DNA of 64,000 nucleotides, from NCBI GenBank assembly GCA_022605425.2, contig CM061246.1, forward strand, positions 992,001-1,056,000, read 5' to 3'. Both the position numbers and the translations under genes were made by a program. Below are positions 1-14,425 of the stretch, piece by piece. How positions within the stretch are numbered: position 1 is the first letter of the stretch; the number at the start of each line of letters is the position of its first letter. The notes under the pieces are model-generated. The model saw only the letters and a list, made by a program, of their open reading frames with translations, was not told where the DNA came from and ran no database searches. The stretch is from Hamiltosporidium tvaerminnensis FI-OER-3-3. Its lineage: Eukaryota; Fungi; Microsporidia.

Positions 1-2088
1 CAATGTGGAGCTGTCTTTTGCAAGGAGCTTAAGATCATCAACAAACAAGAGATGATTAGTAGAATGGGATTCTGCATCTGTTTGTACTGTCACTTTTGTG
101 TATTTTTCATTAAGCTTTCGGCTTAATGGATCCATACACAACACAAATAACAAAGGTGACAGACTATCTCCTTGCAGGATCCCTCTATCAATCTTCTTGC
201 TCATGATTTTTTCAGGCCCTACTGATATATCAATTTTCCATTTTGATATAATTACCTTAATAAATTTCAGGATCCAATCAGGTAAATTAAGGTTTTCAAT
301 GCATTGAGTTAAATAAGCATGATCTATTGAATCATAAGCTTTTTTAACATCAATCCATGTTGCCTTAAGATTGTTTCCGTACTCTTTATTTAAGGCAATA
401 TTCAGTAGAGCCTGCTCTTTCGCTCCCTGCACACCTCTTACCGCCCCTAGTTGGTTCTCTGCAAGCAACCCTCGCCTTTCCACTTCAAGTTGAACGACTT
501 TCGTTACACACTTTGTCGTTAACTTATAGAGGTTGGACATACAAGTGATTGGCCTGTAGTCAGAGCCTCTTCGTGGAATTCCTTTCGGTATCAAATACGT
601 AAGCCCGCAGTAAAACCAATCAGCTTGAGGTGTTCCTTCTAAACATATAACTTTCACAATATCATAAAGATATTTGTGAAGAGTTGTAAGTTTCTTAATG
701 AAAAAATTGTAAATACCATCAATTCCAGCAGCTTTCCAATTAGGGAGCCAATTAATGATATTCACAAATTCATCAAGTGAAGGAAACGTGGTCGGATGAT
801 TATCTGATACAAATGGAATCAAATAATCATCGTACGTGACTGTGTCATCATTTTTGTTCCACATTGTAGACCAAAAACTCACAATTTCATCACGGCTAAC
901 CACATGCTCGGATTCCACACGCTCAGATAACCCACGATAAAATCGACCTCGGAAAAGCTCAAACATACGATTCTCTTTTCGGAATTGCTTCCTACTTTCA
1001 TGCATCGTAATTTTTTTCTCGTAAACATTCAAAGACTCATTCTTCTTAACTAAAGCCTCAGAAAGATCAGTTACGCTGCTCAAGTTTAAATTAAACTCTC
1101 GCATGATTTTCTTAAGGCTCTTCGTTTCCGAAGTGGAGAGCTTTTCCTGCTTACGAGCCTTCTCGAGAAGATCTTTGGAAAGTACTAACTTAGAAATTTT
1201 ACTTTCTATGTTTTCCTTCCAAGCGGATCTAGGCTTTTCTTTGCGTGTTGCCTCGTCATAGCATACCTGCGCAGCTTGCATGATATACGCGGCTTCCGTA
1301 ATTGACTCAGGTACATGAGCTCCTGCATATTCACCGACTACTCGATTAATGAGATCCAGAACTTTACTATCAACCAATTCATTTGGATGTTTTCTAGTTC
1401 GGACCACTACTTTTCCAATTTCGTTCTCAGAGATTTCTTTGATTTTACTCAAGAATTTATCTCTCAGGTTTATGTACTCCGTGGTGTCGGTCAAGGTGCA
1501 TGTATCAGCGAGACAAGTGGCGATTCTACGTCGCTCTCCATTCTCTTCTGATTTTACATCCTTTCCCATCTCACTTTGTGCCAATTTTTTTAACACTTCG
1601 AGAGTTTCAGTGCAGCCGAATTTCTCATTATAGTACCTGTGAAGCTCTGTCCAGCCATTTCTTGGCATTCTTTCAAACCTTGTCTGTACTGCAAAAAAAA
1701 CAATTCGAGGCCATTCCTTCGGGTCGGCTGTTACGGAATCGAATATCGTCCGCAATGCCATTAGCCTGTTACCTTCCGGAATAGCTAGAGTACAGGGGCT
1801 TGTCATGTCGTACGATGGCTCGCACGCAGAGACTTCAACCGAAGAGGGAACTGGTGCATTAGGCGAAGGTAAGGTGTCAAGCCCACTATTTTGCATTTTA
1901 CTGCATGTTTGGCTTGGTGGTGGAGGTGTTATTGTTGTGTAGGAGGAGGAAGGTAGGGGAATCGCCGGTGGGTGTAGCTTACATTTTTGTATCTCACTAT
2001 CACTCTTTTTCACCTCATCAGCGTCGTTTGCAGCCTTTATTTTGGTATTATTCGATATTTCGCTGCTAACATTTTTCTTTCTACCCAT
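1..2088 (-). mobile_element. Non-LTR retrotransposon (R4/Dong-like RLE clade), 5' part of single ORF running off the window edge (copy L1)
   Basis: ATG at 2088 (MGRKKNVSSE). Colinear and near-identical to 58796-60883. RT motifs appear intact: KAAGIDG, YRPIT, ATWIDVKKAYDSIDH, GILQGDSLSP, LFVDD. Confidence 0.93.
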
Positions 2089-3368
2089 ATTTTTTTTAAC
2101 ATTATTAATATAAATATAATATGAATTTATTATGCTAGTTGAAGATTAATAAGAATGAAATAAAAAAATATAGGCAAATATCAAAACTTCCTGCTATAGT
2201 TTATATACATATTATGAGATACTTTATAAAAGTGCATATGGATATTGCTTTTGCTGCATTGCACAGAATCGAGAAGATCAGCTTTGCTTATAATGGCATA
2301 TTTGTGCGATCTAAAAGCAGAATATATACTGAGTTTAATATGGTTTAATAAAATAACATTAGTAGTAATCTGAATATATATCTTCGAAAAAATTCTATCT
2401 ATAATACAATTTTTTCAACTGTAAATAAAAATTCAAGCTAAATTTTTTTGTATTTTAACGTTAATATACATAGTTTTCATAAAATTTAGTTTGAACAATG
2501 TGTTGTTAGGTCTAATTGCTGGTGTGAATGTATAATAATAAATTTAAAAGACTATTAAAAGACAATTAAAAAGATAATTAAAGTCGTAAAAACAGAATAT
2601 TAAAAACAACGAGCATACCAAAACCAGAAAATCCGGGGTTTTGATCTACATCAAAAGTATCGAATTTTTAACTCGGGCTATATAGACTTCTATAAAAATT
2701 CTCGAAGCCAAGAACTTATTAGAATTCATACCAATATATAAAAGTAATTGTACAATGCGTACTATTAATATTTTCGAATAAAATGTCGAAAGGATCGTAT
2801 CGAAGCTAGAAAAAATTTAAAAGTATCTTAACGATATTTGTAAAAATAAATATTTTAAAATAAAAAGAGAGAAATAAATACCTTAGCAGAAAAGTGTCGA
2901 TCCAAAAAAACGCTACATTTAAAACAAAAAAACACCAATATATTATTGTATTAGGCACACGATGTAGATTCCAGTGGGGCTTAAATTAAATATTTATACA
3001 GTTTCTATTACCACTTGGCCAACAGGCCATCAGTTAACACCTCCTTTTTTACCCTTAAACTATTGATTTTGAAGGTCACAGTAGCCGATAAAATCGAATA
3101 TTGATACCTTATTACCTCTTTAACTAGTAAAGCTCCTAAAACCTTATCTGGGTTAAGTAGTTTTAAATAGGACTTAATATCTTCCAATAACAACCCTTGT
3201 TTGACCTTGCGTACGAGTTTCATTGCTATCGCTGCTTATCCTGGTCACTTGGGTATTTTTAAGCATAAGCCGAGTTTAATCATCAAAAAATACCATATTT
3301 TTATTTAAATTGACACGTATTTAATTCATTTTTACCTTTAACTTGCAATTAATATTTTTCTTCTAAAC

Positions 3369-4086
3369 TTAATTTAAAAATATCACATTTTTTAAACAAC
3401 AGGGGCAGGTGTTAGATTTTATTTCGAGCCATTAACGCATTTATAGGTTCAAAATAAACAACTGCTACCCTAACGCTCCATCAGTAACCCTGCTATACCT
3501 ACATCACAAAGTCTTTCATCTAAAAGGTGGGCAGAATCAGATTAATCGGCGAAGTAGTTGCCAGGAGTTCGTTAATGTTCGTTGCATGGAGTGTGGTTGT
3601 AAGGCGAAACCTACCCTGGGCTTCCTCTTGGGACTATGCAGCATTCTCACTTACTCTATACTTTCGAACCCAATAAAATTCTAGCTATGATATTTTTCGG
3701 CGACATACATCGGGTCCACCTCGACAATGCTTTGCCATACCAATAAGTAAAACCTGCCACTTAGCTCTCCTGGCTTTAAATGGTTATGTTTTGTATATCT
3801 CTCAGGCGCTTACCCTTCTTATTCGAGTGAACAAATCTAGATTTTTATGCTTTTACATGGCGATTACCTACAACTTCAGCCGCGGTCTTATCTAGTTACA
3901 TAAAAAACTACAAATTCTTTATAAAAAAAGTTTCGCTATTCCGTTAACCTCCTCCTCATACAAATCCGAGAAATACCAAAGATGTAGTGTGGTTTTATTC
4001 TCACTCAAAGTTTAAACAATGATCTTGAGCCGATTTCATATAATCATTGCCAAGCAGCTAGTTTTTTACTTAGTTATCCTCCCCCT
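3369..4086 (-). mobile_element. Diverged copy (S1) of the ~730-nt structured SINE-like element
   Basis: Reverse complement aligns end to end with 36670-37400 (GGAGGATAAC..CTGCTTGGCAATGA..GCTGCATAGTC..ACATTAACGAACTCC..ATGTGATA..TTTAAA). Possible decayed TSD TTAATTGCAA(A)GTT on both sides. Confidence 0.85.
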
Positions 4087-4459
4087 AAAACTTTGCAATT
4101 AAGATTATTATCTTATGTTAAATCAATTAAAACAATATTCGTCTTCCTATTTTCCAATGCAAAATGAAATACCTTAGTTTCTTGGCTATAAATTTTTTGT
4201 TAGTTGCTTTTCAATTGCGATACATAAACTTTTTGCGTTTCATTTTGTGCTTAAATATTTATATGTTAGGCTTATTGTATTCATATTTTATTTTTTAATC
4301 TCTTTAATCTGAAGAAATAGGAATTCCACCGAAAAATAAAGATGGATGGTTAATGCATAATGATAAAAGAGTAATCTCGAAAAGTACTTCGTTATTAAGT
4401 CAAGTGACAAGTTAATATGCTTTGTTTGCAATGAAACCATATCAATTTTAAAGAATAAA

Positions 4460-6010
4460 TTATAAAATGTCATCATGAAACTATACTCCTCATAATTTCT
4501 TCAGAACATATTGGAAGTTATCAAGTAAAAAAATATGACACTAAAAACGGAGATACAGACCTCAAGAATTGTTGGTAGTAAAACAAATGCTAGCAAACAA
4601 AAAACTATCTGAAATAGATTTTACAAGCTTGTCTATCAGTAAAACGATGTAAACATTTTATTGGCGTTAAATTAATTTAAATTGGTATACTTGCAGCAGG
4701 TTTAGAAATATCTAGAAAAGTTATTGCATTTAAAAACATCGGCAGGTCTGTCAATACTTTTGCGATTAGAGTAGATAAATTTGCAGAAAACCAATTACAT
4801 AATCGTCTGACAAATAACAGTCACTCAGAATGGCTTCATTTGACTCTGCATGAACAATCGATGTTTGGGCTAATGCACAATTTTTGCTTTTTATTCCAGA
4901 GATTAATCTAGATTTTGAAGTATATGAAGGGCTTTTAGACGTTCTAAGTATTCATAGATAACCACTTGACAAGATATTTTCTCAGAAGTCAAAATCTGTT
5001 TGTAAAATCAATCTTCGATGGAATATCTTGAAGTGTATTTCAACTGATGCGAGAAAAATAAGCGTGGAAAAAATAAAAGTGGCGTTGCTATCGTATTAAA
5101 GCCTTGGAAAATGATGATGGTTTAGAAAATTTAAAATTCATCCCGTTATTTCTCAACAGTTGTTGTTTAGAAAATGCTTGGGTATGTCAGAAGGGGGGAA
5201 ACTAACCATGGCTAATGTTAACTATATCAAATCCCATTCATTCAATCATCGTAAATTATATATATTTATTGAATAAATTAAAGAAAATGATTTTTCTTTT
5301 TATATTGCTGTAATCTGGCTCAGCCGCGGAAAACTTTTGAAGCAGTCTTTTAAAAATAGAAAAAATAGCGAAAATTTTTTACAATGAAAAGAGATATTCC
5401 GTCGGTGAGTACAAAGTAATGAGAGTTTAAGAATTAGTGCATTTAATATATATTTAAACAAAAATATGAATGATCTCAATGTGAAGTTATGTGGAAAAAT
5501 TATATACTGCCTGAATTATACATACATATTAAATCATTTCATCTCTTTTTTACTCTTGTAAATACATTTTAAAAATATAATGAACCAAATATACACCATT
5601 TTCAATAGATTTACAATAAAAATTTAGATAATTTGAAGATATATTTTAAATTATTTTTTTTTAACTTCATATAAGCAGAAAACGATATTAAAATTTTGAA
5701 AAATCTTGTTATCGCTGATGTCAAAATCCCTACCCCAGGCATCGATTTGAAATATAATGTATGCAATGCGGAAATTTTTCGAAAGAAAAAGCTTCTAATT
5801 CAGATTTCTATACTTTTATAAGAGTCTTAAGGCTAAAAAATTTAATAAACTTTATAATTTCTCAAGAGTTTATCCATTTTCGACATTACCTATATGTTTG
5901 AATGAATATTCTCTAAAATAAAATACAGAAAATATTTAAAGCTCTTCATTTACAGAATAGCAATCGAAATCATTATCAATTTTTTTTACCAATTAATTTA
6001 ATCTACAATA
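4460..6010 (+). pseudogene. Decayed hAT (Buster/SPIN, GTF2IRD2-like) transposase
   Basis: Fragments IDVWANAQFLLFI..FEVYEGLL, LRWNILKCISTD, VNYIKSHSFNHRK, IWLSRGKLLK and MNDLNVKLCGK match family motifs. Many stops and frameshifts; boundaries approximate. Confidence 0.8.
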
Positions 6011-6228
6011 CTCATAAATTATTAGTAATAATATCATCACATTTACCTAATTATAATTAATGTTAAACCATTTTCGTTATTTAAATTCGTTTTTAAAAAA
6101 AAAAATAATGAAAATATACAATCGATTTAATTGGATGTTTCAAATAAAATAATTTTTCTCAATATTTTAATTCATAATAAAAATTATCAATGGTTATAAT
6201 TTGATTTGTATAATTTATTTATTTTTTT

Positions 6229-6340
6229 GGGGAGGGGGGATAGTATAACCACATCAAAAATCATCTGCTTGGCAATGAGTGTTTCTACTTTGTGTGAAAA
6301 ACATTGCTACCATTTTAGTGCAATATAACCTCACTGAATC
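6229..6340 (+). repeat. Head fragment or related subfamily of the 730-nt element
   Basis: GGAGGGGGGATAGTATAACCACATCAAAAATCATCTGCTTGGCAATGAGTGT matches the element 5' end; weaker similarity continues to ~6340. Confidence 0.7.
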
Positions 6341-7551
6341 CATAAGCTAATCCACTATAATCACTGAGTTACAAATGATTGAAAAAACAAACTTGATGAA
6401 CTTTTATTTGTTTATCCTCGACACCGAAAAGGAAAAGAGAAATGGAATACGTAAGTAAGTAAAAATTCATTTGTGTTCTTTTGTTTTATTTTCGTATTAA
6501 AAGACACTTGCCTATAAAAAAGATTACAGGCAGGCCAGATGCAAGTAGTGTCGGGGCAGCTGTTGCGGGACGTAGTTCGAAGATATATGGTTTAAAAAAA
6601 TTGTCTAAAAGTGCAATATTTTTGCATAAACATAATAACATGTAGTTCCAGAGGTTTTAATTCATATGCTACAACTATGAGCTCTAAAAATAATATGACC
6701 TTTTTTTAGGAACGTGTTAAGGTAGTTAAAGCTAAAATATCAGCTTACTCGAGATAATATATAGAAAAAAAAATTAACCTGTATATATGATATTCTAGTG
6801 TGATATTTGAGATAAAAAATAAACACTGAATTAAGGATCACGGTTTTTGTTTACTTCAAGTTGAAATGAAAGCAAACCTATTAAATCGAATGCATTAAGC
6901 CTATTAACTTTTACATTAATTAATGAAATAAAAAAAACTATATTTTTAATTTTCCGGAAAGAAAAGTACTACTATAATTAAAAATTTTAAGCTTCCACAA
7001 ATCCAAACAGAATAAAGCATAAATCCTATCATAAGTTTTCTAAAATAGCATTAAATTTTATTTTGATCTAAAAGGATTGTAAATTTTTAAAAAACGCCAA
7101 AAATAATTGAAACGCTTGCTATACCACTGTATAAAAACCCAAATATGTTATGCCATGATAAAATCGTAATAAGTCTCATAAAGGAATAAATATAAAGCAA
7201 AAAACAACGGAATTATATCACTCTGTAAGAGTATGTATAAAAAGTGGGGGTTATATAGCTCTTTTGAACAATTTTAAAGAATGAACTATAAAATATATAT
7301 AGGGTGTAGAACTTCTGTAAACAGTATTTTAAAATTTTGAAACAAAAAAATTAACGACTGGAACATATTACTTAGATCATTGATACTGATGGTCTAGTTC
7401 GTTTAACTCTATGCTTGACAGTTTAAATTTACTTTAATATCAGATTGGTTATAAATAATCTAAAACGGTTTTAATGGTGTAAAAAAACCAAAAACTTTAT
7501 TTGTCAGAATAATATATTTTAAAAAAAACACTTTTTGTAAATCACAGTCAT

Positions 7552-7761
7552 TTGATGAATTTAAAATTTATGACACTATCAAATATCATGAATACATCAA
7601 CTTTTAAAAGATTTTTGAGGTTACATATAGTTAGACCAGATATCGGACTTCAGATTGAAACCGAGATTATAAAATTGTATAATAAAGGTAAATTATCATA
7701 CCCTGTAGATGATTTACAACTTCAGTCTGTAATCGAAATGATTGATGAAAAAAATAGATGA
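7552..7761 (+). CDS. PDCD5-like (programmed cell death 5 / dsDNA-binding) protein; true start uncertain
   Basis: LSNIMNTSTFKRFLRLHIVRPDIGLQIETEIIKLYNKGKLSYPVDDLQLQSVI resembles the PDCD5 core pattern (L..IL...A..RL.RI.LV+P+.A..+E..LI.L...G.+...+.+..L..+L). Confidence 0.5.
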   Translation: MMNLKFMTLSNIMNTSTFKRFLRLHIVRPDIGLQIETEIIKLYNKGKLSYPVDDLQLQSVIEMIDEKNR

Positions 7762-8644
7762 TATGGGGAAAACGATTTCATAGATATATGGGTTTTCATA
7801 GATTTAAAAAAGAAAGCATAAATGCGGAAAAAAATAAGTGGTCAGATTAGTTCAAATTAAAAAAATAAGACTATTTTTTGGTGTTCATTAATATTTTCAG
7901 TTAATAAAAATATATTTAATAAATTAAAATTAAAGCCAGTAAATAGTTTTTTTTACCGTCTATCTATAAAAGGTCAGAAAAAAAAAACATCTCGTTAAAC
8001 TAAAATGTACAAAAGTATTAAACAATTTAAGAAATTGAAAAAATGAAAATTTAGAAGAGGAAAAAACGAAAAAATTAAGGAACAGAATCAAACATTAGGT
8101 GTTAAAAAAATCATCTTTCGAAAAATATCAATCATTAAAGATGATTTTGGGGTGATATTATTTCACTAATTAAAATTTTCTTAAATATTTTATTTATTCT
8201 CTATTATTGCGGTAAGAATCTATGAAATTTTGCAATAATAACTCATATTTCGTCGTATATCCAAATGTTAAGTTTAATTTTTTCATAAAATGTTTTTACA
8301 TTTTGATTTTATATTTTTTTGGAAACAGAGCCTTATTTAATCTATATTATATTGAATTTACAAACCTTTTCTATATGATTTAATATATTTATGCAGGATT
8401 TCTGCTATGTATTATTTCTCTTTTGACAGCTTTCATAAATAAATACGGAACAAATTTAGGTATAAATTTATTTAGAAAATAATAAATTTAAATCTTACGC
8501 GCGAACCAATGCTTCCAATAACACAGTCAAAAAATCATTTTTTGAAGAAATTGATTTTTTAGAATTAGTGAAAAGCCATAAAATTTATTAAATATAGATT
8601 ACTTAAAGCTTCTAAAGTTTAAAAAAAATGAATTCTACGCATAA

Positions 8645-8977
8645 ATGGAAGAAAAAAACAAAGAGTTGGCTTCGAAAAATGTACTTTTAAAAGAAGAAAT
8701 AAAGAAGTTATCGGATCTACATACCGAATTATTAAAGAACAACATTAAGAACAACTATTTTTGTAATAGAACGCATATGAAAATGATAGCAATTCTAGAT
8801 GAAAATATAAAAGCCATAGAAAATATTTTAAAAGATACAGTAGATTTTAAAACAAAATTAGAAGAAAATACTAATTTAAAGAATGATGATAGAATATTAA
8901 AAGAAAAAAATAAATTAATAACGAATGAAGATAAAAAACCTCGTAAGAAACGCAATATTGTTACCTTTAAACGATAA
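8645..8977 (+). CDS. Hypothetical coiled-coil protein with basic C-terminus
   Basis: 110-aa open ORF, heptad-like K/E/L pattern, KKPRKKR NLS-like tail. Confidence 0.55.
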   Translation: MEEKNKELASKNVLLKEEIKKLSDLHTELLKNNIKNNYFCNRTHMKMIAILDENIKAIENILKDTVDFKTKLEENTNLKNDDRILKEKNKLITNEDKKPRKKRNIVTFKR

Positions 8978-11900
8978 AATAATATATTTAATTTTTTTAT
9001 TTTTATTTTTTTTTTAGAATAACAAATAATCAAATCTTGGGATTGTTGAGTTTACTTCCAAAATATTTTTCAAATTACAAATAAAAACCTTTAGGCAAAA
9101 AAATTGCTAAAAGTATTTATATGGTAGTAAAACCGACATTATTTACTTAGGAATGTGAAAAACCTAATTTTCACATTTCTTTAATTTGACCTAAGTTCTA
9201 AATACACGTTTTTTAACAAATAAAATAACTATGAAATCCGTCTATGTGTTTCAATTTCATTTTTCTCGCCATACCACCAAACTTTTATAGGAAATTTTGG
9301 GTTAAATACTCAAAAATATCAAAAGAATTCAGAAAAAAAACAATTTCAGATCAAAACTAATCATTTATATTTGGTTTGATGCATTTATTTGTAGAATCGG
9401 ACTAAAAACAATCCTCAAATGTTTTAGCAACGCATATATGGTTCCGAAAAGTACTTTAAATAAACCGAAAAATAAATTTTGTAGTTATATAGAAAATTTT
9501 CAAGCGGTTTTTCTTAATCTCTAAAAGAAATAATAAATGATATATAGAATAGAAAACCAAGCAAAGAAGAATAAACTAGAATTTATTGCAAAAATTGTAT
9601 ACTGCCAATATTCTATGCGCAAGACCAAACCATAAATCAATCGGAAAGACAATCCCGAGGAAAATTATCACTGGAAAGGTCATTCAATACGTATGAACAG
9701 CGATTGTAAAGTTATAAGTCTATTTAATTCACGAATATCATTACTTTGTATATTATAAATAGAGAATATTTAGATTTAAATGGTATCTGAGAATACAAGG
9801 AACCTTGTGTATCTCAAAATACAAGCTAAGTTTCAATAAAAACACATGAAAATAAATCTATATTTATTCAAAGGAAATAATAGGAAGTAATCTTTTGTTC
9901 TAATTATGTAAAGAATAAGTATAAATGCATTTAAATAAAATAAATAGTTCCCCAAGGACTCAGAGTTGAAAAACAATCTGCTTCGGTTTAATTTAGGCCG
10001 AAAGGTATAAATTTAATCGGCCAGGACTTAATTTCAAAGAAATATTTTGTTAAATAAACTATTATAACGTTTTAAATTTGTCATATTAAAAATTAATTAA
10101 AAAACTGAACCCTAATTACAGCTATTACAGATAAATATACAAGCCATATAAGTTTTAATATTAGCAAATATAAATCTTGATTGCCAGGGAACATCCAAGT
10201 TAGTGTATAAAACATCATTTTAACGGATGTATAAATAATATTTGATAAAAATCAAATTATAGTTTCTATTACTATTCAAGGGCATAACTATGACTTTTGG
10301 ATTTATATTTGAAAAAAGCCCGAGAAATGACAGTTGTGATTTAATTGTCAAAACTTTTATAGTTTAAAAAAACTTCAAGAAAACTGCATATTTCACACTC
10401 GAGAATAGTAATATGGTTAGGTGCTTTTATCGGCAGTTTACTTTTCGATTCGGAAATAAAAGAAGATTAGTTTCAGATAAAAAAATATTGATATCTTAGA
10501 CTTAAATATTTTTACTCATAAGTAGAATACAAAAGCTTTTGATATAAATCAATACAAAGATCGGTTTAAAAATATATCCAAAAGATATGAGACTTTCAAC
10601 GACAAAAAAAGTGAGAAATTTATTTTTAATCAGAGAATATGATACATTATATGAAATATAAATATTTTACGAAAGCTGCATAATCTTTAATTTTTAATGT
10701 TTATTTTGAAATAAACTAAACATAAGAGCGATATCCTCTTATTATATGTATATCTCAATAAAAAAAACTACATTAGAAAGAAAAACAGCTTAAGTACTTG
10801 GCACATTCCTAATACCACAAATTCTAAGGAATTATTTTACAAAAAAATGTTTTTAAAAAAATCTATGTAAATTTTATTTATCAGATTAAAACTGTGAAAA
10901 AATATAATAAAAGAGAATAAAGGCAAAAAAATACTTCATTTTTAATGAAGGCTTAATTTATTAAACATTACTAACTCTTTCGAAACCATATAGATTTTAA
11001 CGTAAATGAAATGAATAAACAAAATATTTATTTGAAAAAATTTGTCATTTAAATGAGATGTCAATTAAAGATGCTTCTTTTGGCGAAAAATATTTATAGT
11101 ATATGAAGGCTCGGGTTTACAGCCATTTGACAAAACTCAGACGAAATTAGATAGATTTAAACAAAAATTTGTCAGAAAGACCAACAAGAGGCTTAATATC
11201 CTTAAACAATTCCGTAAACGGAATTAATGTAAAAATATAGAAGCTGTTATTTTCGGATGATTAAGTATTAAATAAAATAATTCGACAAAAAATAGTATAG
11301 TTTGGATTAATGGGATACAGCAATAATATTCTATAACAATATATACTTTATTTATGGTACAGGATATATTGATTTATTAGATAAAATTTTTCAGATGACT
11401 TACACAGTCTTAATAGCGAAAAATGTGTAGGTATTTTAAATTCATGGCAAAAAAAGTCTTGAGATTTTAAAATAAAAAAACCAAGTTTTTGTTAGATCAA
11501 AATTCTAGATCAAATATGTAATAAAATATTATTACAGTAAAAATCAAGTGAAAATAAAAAAACCGAAAAATATCGATCTTATTTCATCATTACAAAAGAA
11601 ATTCAGAATTACATTTCAATTTTTTAACAATTACAACAAAAGAGATTTTATATCTTCTATACTCTTTCGAATTATAAAAAAAATAAATATCGCCACTACA
11701 TATACAATTTTTCGATTATATTCTTAAAAAAAATGTATTCATTTATACAAATTTTAATACAAATAAGTAGAAATTCCGAGAAATCTGCTTTCACTTGATA
11801 AATCAAAATAAAGACATGCTTCTGAGAGCTATACTAAAAAACTGGTATTTTTTTCCAATAGCTCTCCATCTTTTAGATAAGTACAAATTCAATTTCTCAC

Positions 11901-12695
11901 AACAAGGTAAGTTGTTTTTTCAGAATTCATTCTAATACAATATCAGAAAAAACATAGATACTTAATATAACGGATATCAAACTTAGGAATTTCAAACTAA
12001 ATAATGAAATTATAGACAATAAATACAATATTATTAAAAAAATTGGAATACAGATTACTTATCGAGGCTCTCCTTGAAATATTTAAATCGATAAACTTAA
12101 AAAGTAAAACTTCTAGTGAATAAATACTCTTTCATCCGAAAAAATAGTGTCTGATAGTCATTTAGCGTTCAAACAGAATGGTATAATCTTAATTAAAAAT
12201 GTATCATATAATATTACAAGGGTTCTTTATGAATCTAGATATATTTACTAAATTTCTAAAAATAGAAAAGTCTTTTTTTAGCAACGATAAGAGAATTACA
12301 CTCCTAAATATGCTAATTTGTATTTAAAAAAACAAGCTAGGACTTCAATTCGAAAATAAATGCAACGAAAATATTATATCGTTTGTACATGCAAGAGTAG
12401 AAAAGATTATGTTGTAAATCAAACCAAAAAACACCGATGCCTTTTGATGAGAGCAGAATGATCAAAAAAAAGTTTTTCGGTTTTTAAAAAAATATCAAGC
12501 ATAAATAATTGAATGAAATGGATTCAAACGGGTGATTATTAAACAAAAAAATAATCGATTATTAATTTATTGTCTCATAAAAATAAATGTTTTATAAAGA
12601 TAGATGTATTATTAGATATGAATTCATAGAAACATTTTTTCAATATATGTAAGCCACTAATTAAGTAAACAGAAAATCGAAAAAATAAAATAAAT

Positions 12696-14350
12696 TTAGA
12701 ATAAAAATAAATTAATTTTAGCATAAAGGCATCTTATTTTATTAAAATAGATCAAGAACAATCGCCTTAAGCGAATCTTCCAATGAAATTTCATAATAAA
12801 ATTTTCTATATTTTTAGAAATTTTTGGAGATTTGTCGCAAAAAATATGATCCAATAAATCTCGGAAAACCATTACAAACATCGATATTAACCTCGTTTCA
12901 ATATCAAATATTCTTGTTTCGCAAGTAGTAAAACGAGAAGAACTTCCTGCTTTAGAAGCTAGATGTGTATTATAATGCTCTTTAATCACATCCCTCAGAT
13001 CTATTCTTGCAAGATCCTCAAATACTAAATGCACATCATAATTAAAATCGAAATTTCTATCTATTACTTTTAAAAGCTCAGAAAATATTTCAAAAATTAA
13101 ATAAAAATGCTCAAAGGTTGTAGAACGATTTTTTTTAAAAATTTTTTCGAAAAAATTTATATTTTTTAAGCTTTTCAAAATTTCAAATTGATCATAGGAA
13201 GATCTGATTTTAATTTTTTTAAAAAAGCTAAAAAAATCACAGAAAATCCACTTATCTCATTTTTACAGTTTAATACCAAGTACATTTTTGTTTTTTGAAT
13301 AATTTCTTTCTGATTTTAAATTTTTTTATTTTATTGGACTTAAGAAAATCTATAAAACCTTTTTTACCATACTCAATTGACTCATTGGGATTAAGCTCAA
13401 ATAAATTGCAGGTTTCAAGTCCTTTAAAGAAAACCCTGTAGTTATTCGATTTTTTAAAATCAGGTGGACTTTTTGATTCGATAGAAACTTATAACTATTT
13501 ATGATCGAAGACTTAATTTGGGTTTGAATTATTTTTTTGTCTTTACTGTTTTCTAAAAATTTTGCATCAAATATTCTTTTCTTAAAAATTTAATTGCCAG
13601 CTAAATCTCCATCATATGACAATAGATCACCATTCTTTTTCTCTAAGAAAATTCTGATATTTCTATATCATCGAAATGATTCAATATATTGTATAGGATT
13701 TTAATCAATTTATTCTATTTATATGTAATGATGATTGAAACTTCATCGGTATCATATTCTTGCAGTTTTGAAATAAACAATTCTGTGAATTCCAAATTTC
13801 TTTCTGAGATAGAAAGTCTTTGCAATGAATACTCTATTTCTTTGAATATTTTATTGTTTACAGTCTTTTCCATCCATTCAGATTCGAAATAGCAAAATTA
13901 TCTAAAAAATCAAATATTTCATCCTAAAATAGATTGGTAAGCGAATCGGATTCACTAAAAAACAATTTTGTCTTAGTTCAAATAATATACTATGAATTTC
14001 AGTGAAATAGAGCAGGTAAATCGCTTTATTATTCTTTTCAAAAATATTTTGATCGCTTTCATTTATCTTAAATATCAATCTAGGAATTATATTAGTTTTA
14101 AGATTTTTATCAGATAAAATCTTTGCTATATACTTTTTGTCATAAAACAGGGCAAATGAATTCACTTCATTATGATTTCGAACTTTAAGTGGTAGGGACT
14201 TATAGCTTTTAATATATAGTGCCATAGAGTGTAAATATACCACTCTTCCTTTCGATTTTGCTGAAGATGGTGCAATAGAAATAGAATTTTTATCTTTCTT
14301 TGGATGCTTTCTGTTTCCAGTTGCTATGTAATTAAATATTTAAGATTCAT
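12696..14350 (-). pseudogene. Disrupted hypothetical gene (~550 codons)
   Basis: CCC-preceded ATG at 14350 (GCCCTAAAAATG). Successive minus-strand coding-like segments (14243-13902, ~13900-13720, 13178-12696) are separated by frameshifts and stops. Confidence 0.5.
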
Positions 14351-14425
14351 TTTTAGGGCAAGTTTTTTTTAATTAAAAAAAGAAAAATCTTAAAATACTA
14401 TTCGTTATTTTAAATTAATAAAAAA

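Noticed and set aside
98-1784. Short ORFs antisense to the LINEs and THO2 (also 24099-26485, 49607-52414, 59100-61506)
   Set aside because: Shadow ORFs of long coding strands; they recur only because the parent sequence is repeated.
3008-3040. Minus-strand CTGATGGCCTGTTGGCCAAGTGGTAA resembling a hammerhead core or tRNA 5' end
   Set aside because: Lacks the complete CUGANGA/GAAA core, and there is no D-stem closure, anticodon arm or T-arm.
9200-12660. Possible decayed LRR-like multigene-family sequence (also ~20600-23700, 32300-33500)
   Set aside because: Coding-like texture, but no motif I can assign with confidence.
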